A stretch of 64,000 nt of DNA. It comes from the human T2T-CHM13v2.0 reference genome, Homo sapiens. The notes under the pieces are model-generated. The model did not search any database. It was given only the letters and a program-made list of their open reading frames with translations, and was not told the DNA's origin. Both the position numbers and the translations under genes were made by a program. The first letter of the stretch is position 1. Every line of letters starts with the position of its first letter. Positions 58,991 to 64,000 of the stretch are shown here, in pieces. The DNA lies in the NCBI RefSeq assembly GCF_009914755.1, contig NC_060934.1; one strand, given 5' to 3'.

Positions 58991-59489
58991 CCTCCTTGGG
59001 AGGTGGGAAATGTGTCCTGAAAGGTCAGGGCCTCTCTGAGTGGAGATGAACAGGTCAGGGTTGAGTAAGGAGGAGGCTGGCAGGGGCCTTTATGATACCT
59101 GAGAGGACTGGGGCTTGGATGGAGCAAGAGAGGCACTGATGGAGTAAGATTCAGGTACAAGACTTAAGTCTTGCATCCTAGGCACGGCTCTTGCCTCATC
59201 CTCATCCCAGCCCTAATAATGGGAGGCTTTTTGCCGGTAAATTCCCATTATTAGGAGCTGAAAATGTCAATGCCTTACAGGCGCCAGTCAGCAGTGTCAA
59301 GCAGTGGGCTGGGTGGGGCCTGGGCTGGCTGGAGCTCCCCTACCCTGTCTAAAGGGGGCGGTGGCTGCTCAGCTCCAGCATATGCGGGGAAGGCGCTGGC
59401 TAAGATAAGGAGCTAGTGCCATGATGACCACGTTGCCACAGGATCAAGTGGGTCCTGTGTGGTGTCACCTTTAGGTGCCTGAAATCTAG

Positions 59490-59836
<347 letters not shown>

Positions 59837-60289
59837 TGAAATCTAGATTTTAAAGTGAAATTTCTTAATTTTTTTTTAAGGGCAGGCACAAATTTATAAA
59901 ACATCAGGTGGGCCAAATAAAATGTTACAGGCCACAGTTTTAGCTTGGTGGTTGCTGATTTACTGACCCTGTTATAATATTGGAGGTCAGGACTTTGGGC
60001 AAATGAAAGAGAAAAGGAGGCAGACTGAGAATGTGATTTTACAACTCCAGCCTCTCCAGGGGCTGGGTGGCCAGTGTCTCCTCAGCAGCCTTCTCCCGCA
60101 GGAAGCAGAACTGTCTGCAACGCTGATGGAGTCACAGTAACCTTCACCCCACTGAGCTCAGGATCTGCAGAGCCACTAAGACCCTGGAGCAACTGCCTTC
60201 AGCATCCAACAGAAGCTGCTAAAAGGATTATGGGTCAATTCATTTTAGACATTTCTTCCAGATGTTCCCATGGAAAGCTAGGGTCTAAA

Positions 60290-60455
60290 TCAGTGGTCCT
60301 CATTCCTGGCAGCACCTGAGTTTCACCTGGGGAACTGTTAGAAAGTGAAACTTGGACGGCATTCACATTAGTCCAGTCTCTGGGTGGGGCTTGGACATCA
60401 GCATTTGTAGAAGCTCCCTAGGTGGCTTTGGTGCAGCCAGGTTGGAAACCACTGA
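60290..60455. mobile_element. MER5-type hAT MITE
   Basis: cagtggtcctca...cacctggggaactgttag...ttggaaaccactg. Confidence 0.65.
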
Positions 60456-60621
60456 TCCAACTAATAGAAATGCTAGGTTGGGATCTCTTCCGAGGCATCT
60501 CTTTAGGACAGGCTGTGCATGACAGTCCCATAGTGTCAGGGTTCTAAGATGCTCCAATGGTTTAGGCACTGGTCTTAATTTTCGTTTTTTCGCTCTCTTT
60601 GAGACCTTAACAAACTCTATA

Positions 60622-61118
<497 letters not shown>

Positions 61119-61739
61119 CCAAAACACCCAAGCTCTATAACCTTCACATCCTCATTGACTGATTAAGTGCAGATAATGATATTTGCCCTTCTAACCTCAC
61201 CAGGCTGTTATCAGGAGAAATGAAGCAATAAATGAGAAATTGCTCTGCAAACTGTCAACGTTATGTAAACATTGCTATTCAGAGTGTGCTCCCAGGTGCG
61301 GGAGGTACAGCTGTTATCTGTTGGAGATCACTCCTGAAGTAACATTCCTAGTGCCATGGGTCAGATGGGAATTGGTACAGACATTCCAACTTAGAAGGCA
61401 GCCTTTATTGTCTTATAAGCAGGTGCGTTTCCTGGGGTGGCAGCCTGGCACTGGTCACTCCAACCCCAACTTGTGTAGGAGGTACCACAGTAAATGAGTA
61501 GAGAGAGTTCAGGGGACTTGAAGGGAAGTGGAGGGCCATCTGGAGAGGGAGGGAACTAAGGACTCCCTGTGGGTTGGGGTCTTCCTGAGGATCCAGGGAG
61601 TAACTGTCAAGGAGCCTTAGCAGGGATCTAAGAGCTATGCAAGAGCAAAAAGAGGCAAATTATTAAGGAAATTAGTGAAGTCAGCACTGGAACAACAGAG
61701 AGGGGACACAGCAGTGCAGCATGGGCCCTGGCCTCAGGA

Positions 61740-61900
61740 AGCTGTCTGATTGGGGCAGATAGGACCAGCCCCCTAGAAGACAGTCACCCATATCAGTTAG
61801 GCAGTCATGACTCAGTGTTACTTATCTGAGGCCCAGGTTGCATGAGGGGTTGGGGGTGGGATGGACAGAGCACTGGCTGGGCATCAGGACTAGGCTGGAG
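61740..61900 (+). promoter_or_regulatory. HK1: HK1 erythroid (HK-R) promoter
   Basis: ATTGG (reverse CCAAT) ~61749, AGATAG ~61757, AP-1 TGACTCA 61808-61814, TTATCT (reverse GATA) 61822-61827, GGGGGTGGG (KLF/CACCC) 61852-61860, immediately upstream of the HK-R exon. Confidence 0.85.
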
Positions 61901-62002
61901 TCCTGGCTCAAAACTCTACCACAACCTGACACTGGGCAAGATGGCCCACCTGTGGCATCCCAGGTTCCTGCCCTGTAAAGAGGAGTCTGGGTGTATATCC
62001 AG

Positions 62003-62062
62003 ATGGACTGTGAGCACAGCCTGAGTTTGCCCTGTCGAGGTGCTGAGGCCTGGGAGATTGGG
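62003..62062 (+). CDS. HK1: HK1 erythroid isoform (HK-R) first coding exon MDCEHSLSLPCRGAEAWEIG
   Basis: 20 codons from ATG 62003, phase-0 donor GGG|GTGAGT; known HK-R N-terminus. Confidence 0.95.
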
Positions 62063-64000
62063 GTGAGTAGCTGTGGTCCAGGGAAGGTTGGCAAGCTGGG
62101 CCTTAGATGAGAGGGGATGCTTGGTCAGGCAGAGGTGAGTGGAGAAGGCAGGGCAAGGAAGGGAATATGAGCGGCGAACAAATGGAGTGGACATGGTGGG
62201 GGCAGAGGATGGTGGGAAGTGGCCTTGTTGCGGCCAGAGTGGAGGAAGAGATAAGTGGGAAAGAGTGGAGTCGATTACAGAAGGCCTCGGAAACCAGGCA
62301 GAGATGTTTAAATTGGCTCTCTCAGGAAGGAGAGGGCCATGAAGGGATTTAGGGAAGGGTCATGACATGATTATGCTGCATTTTAGCAGGATTAATGTGA
62401 CCTGGTGCTCAGAATGACTTGGATGGCATGAGGCCAGGAGCCGAGGAGGACAGTTAGAAGACTCTTGTAATATTTCTGGCACAGGGAGATGGACTGGGAG
62501 TTGGGAGGTGGCAATAGGTCAGGCCTAGAGACATTTCTCAGGAAATATTGACAGGCCTTGGGGCCTGGTTGCATTCATGGAGTGGGGAGGAATGAGTCAC
62601 CTTGAGAAGCAGTTTCCCTCTCAAAGGCCAGGGAAGACAAAGCAGAGGCAGCTTTCCTGCCTGCAAACAGGACATTTCAGGGTAACCTGGCTCTTCCAAG
62701 CGTCAGCTTCTCCCTGGCTCCAGCTCAGATAGGAGTTGTAACAACGGGTTGGGCATGGGTGATGGCACCGGCTGGTGGCTGGGTTAAGGGCCATGTTTTT
62801 GATTATGCATTAGGCTTATTCAGCCTGCCAAGTGCCAGGCCCTGCGCTTGTGTAGGAGACAGAGCAATTAGCAAAACATAGTCCTCCATCCTCAAGGAGT
62901 TTCCAGCCCTGTGAGCTTGGCAGATCTGCAGAACTCAAATGAAATGGCAGTTGAGAACAACCATCTTGTTCTCATTCACTCCATTTTGCTTAACGGCCAT
63001 GTAGGTAGTTCCAAATGTTTGATGTGTACCAGAAAATCTCTCTCTTCCTGGTTTATAATTATGATCCAGGGCAAATCCAGGTTTTGTTGGGCTTGAAAAT
63101 TAAATAAATTGGCACTCTCTATGGAAAATAATTCAAATATAAATATACAAATATCACACTGCTAGGCCCTCCCAGGGCCTAGAAGGGTAGGAATGAAAGT
63201 GAGAGTCCCTGAAGCTTTAACCGCATTAACTTTTCAGTCAGTTCTATGATACCTGCCATTCCTTAAGTGTGTATTATGTGCACGTATTTTGCGTACAGTA
63301 TTACACAACAATCAAGGGGAGGTGAGGTGGGCATTAGTGTCTTCATCTTATGGATGAAGACACAGTCTCAGAGGTGATTCAAGATGCCCCTCTGCATAGG
63401 CCCTAAGGCAGGGGGTGGGGACTGTGACCTGGACAGGAAGCTGGGGCCTCAGGACTGCATCTAAGCTCCTCCTTTTCTGTGGGTGATGGTGGCTGTCAGG
63501 CCCCTGAACCTACGTCATCCCTCCCTCTGATTTGACTGTACCTTTGCTAGGCCTGGTCAAGGGCTAGGGACTCCTAAAGTCAAGAGCTAGGGTAGAGGTT
63601 GGGGGTTGGATCTCAGGGCACCATATGGTGCAGACTTGGTTGCAGGAAAGTGACCTATTTAGGCAGAGGGGCTCTATACAACTGGGACCACAGCAAACCC
63701 TAGAGGTGAGCACCTGCTTCAAAGACTCACAGATCCAAGCTGTGATCCTAGATCTACAACTTCCTGGCTGTATAAAGTCCAGCAAGACTGAGGCCTCACT
63801 GAGCTTCAATTTCCTTACCTGTCTAACCAGAATAGCAACAACTTGTTTGTATATTTGAGCTCATTACATGTCATTTTGTAAGGCACTAAAGCTCCTGGAG
63901 GCTTCCGGAACACAGAAATAATTAATCTAAGAATCCTAAAGTGGCTGTCCTGGTAGCACCTCTAGGGAGTCCTCCCATCCTACGTAACTTCCTCTGGGAA

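Noticed and set aside
59347-59362. CTCF-like AGGGGGCGG motif
   Set aside because: The 5' half of the motif does not match and it sits in probable transposon sequence

Overview
Human (primate) genomic DNA, recognisable as the HKDC1-HK1 tandem hexokinase locus (chr10q22.1), with both genes on the + strand. Positions 3073-~13610 hold the last six exons (13-18) and 3' UTR of HKDC1, with the canonical hexokinase exon sizes 96/100/184/156/234 nt and GT-AG boundaries. From ~16040 onward lies the ~48 kb alternative 5' region of HK1: testis-type exon T1, the AltT2 exon linked to HMSN-Russe/CMT4G (24771 is the reported G>C site), T2 with two donors, two coding exons for MGQICQRES and ATAAEKPKLHLLAESE, an exon for MAKRALRDF that lies on the antisense strand of an RPS15A processed pseudogene, and the erythroid HK-R promoter and first exon (MDCEHSLSLPCRGAEAWEIG). 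The ubiquitous HK1 exon 1 is not in the window. The rest is very Alu-dense, with L1, MIR, MaLR/ERV1 LTRs and hAT/Tigger DNA transposons. There is no prokaryote-type system. The best leads are (i) an HK1 coding exon built from a pseudogene antisense strand plus its target-site duplication, acting as a stop/re-start switch, (ii) a phase-0 ATG-GAC-TGT-GTG (MDCV) micro-ORF at the end of AltT2 that mirrors the HK-R start MDCE, and (iii) a strong-context uORF overlapping the HK-R start codon. Gene, isoform, variant and repeat-subfamily names come from recall, not from a database search; repeat boundaries are approximate.
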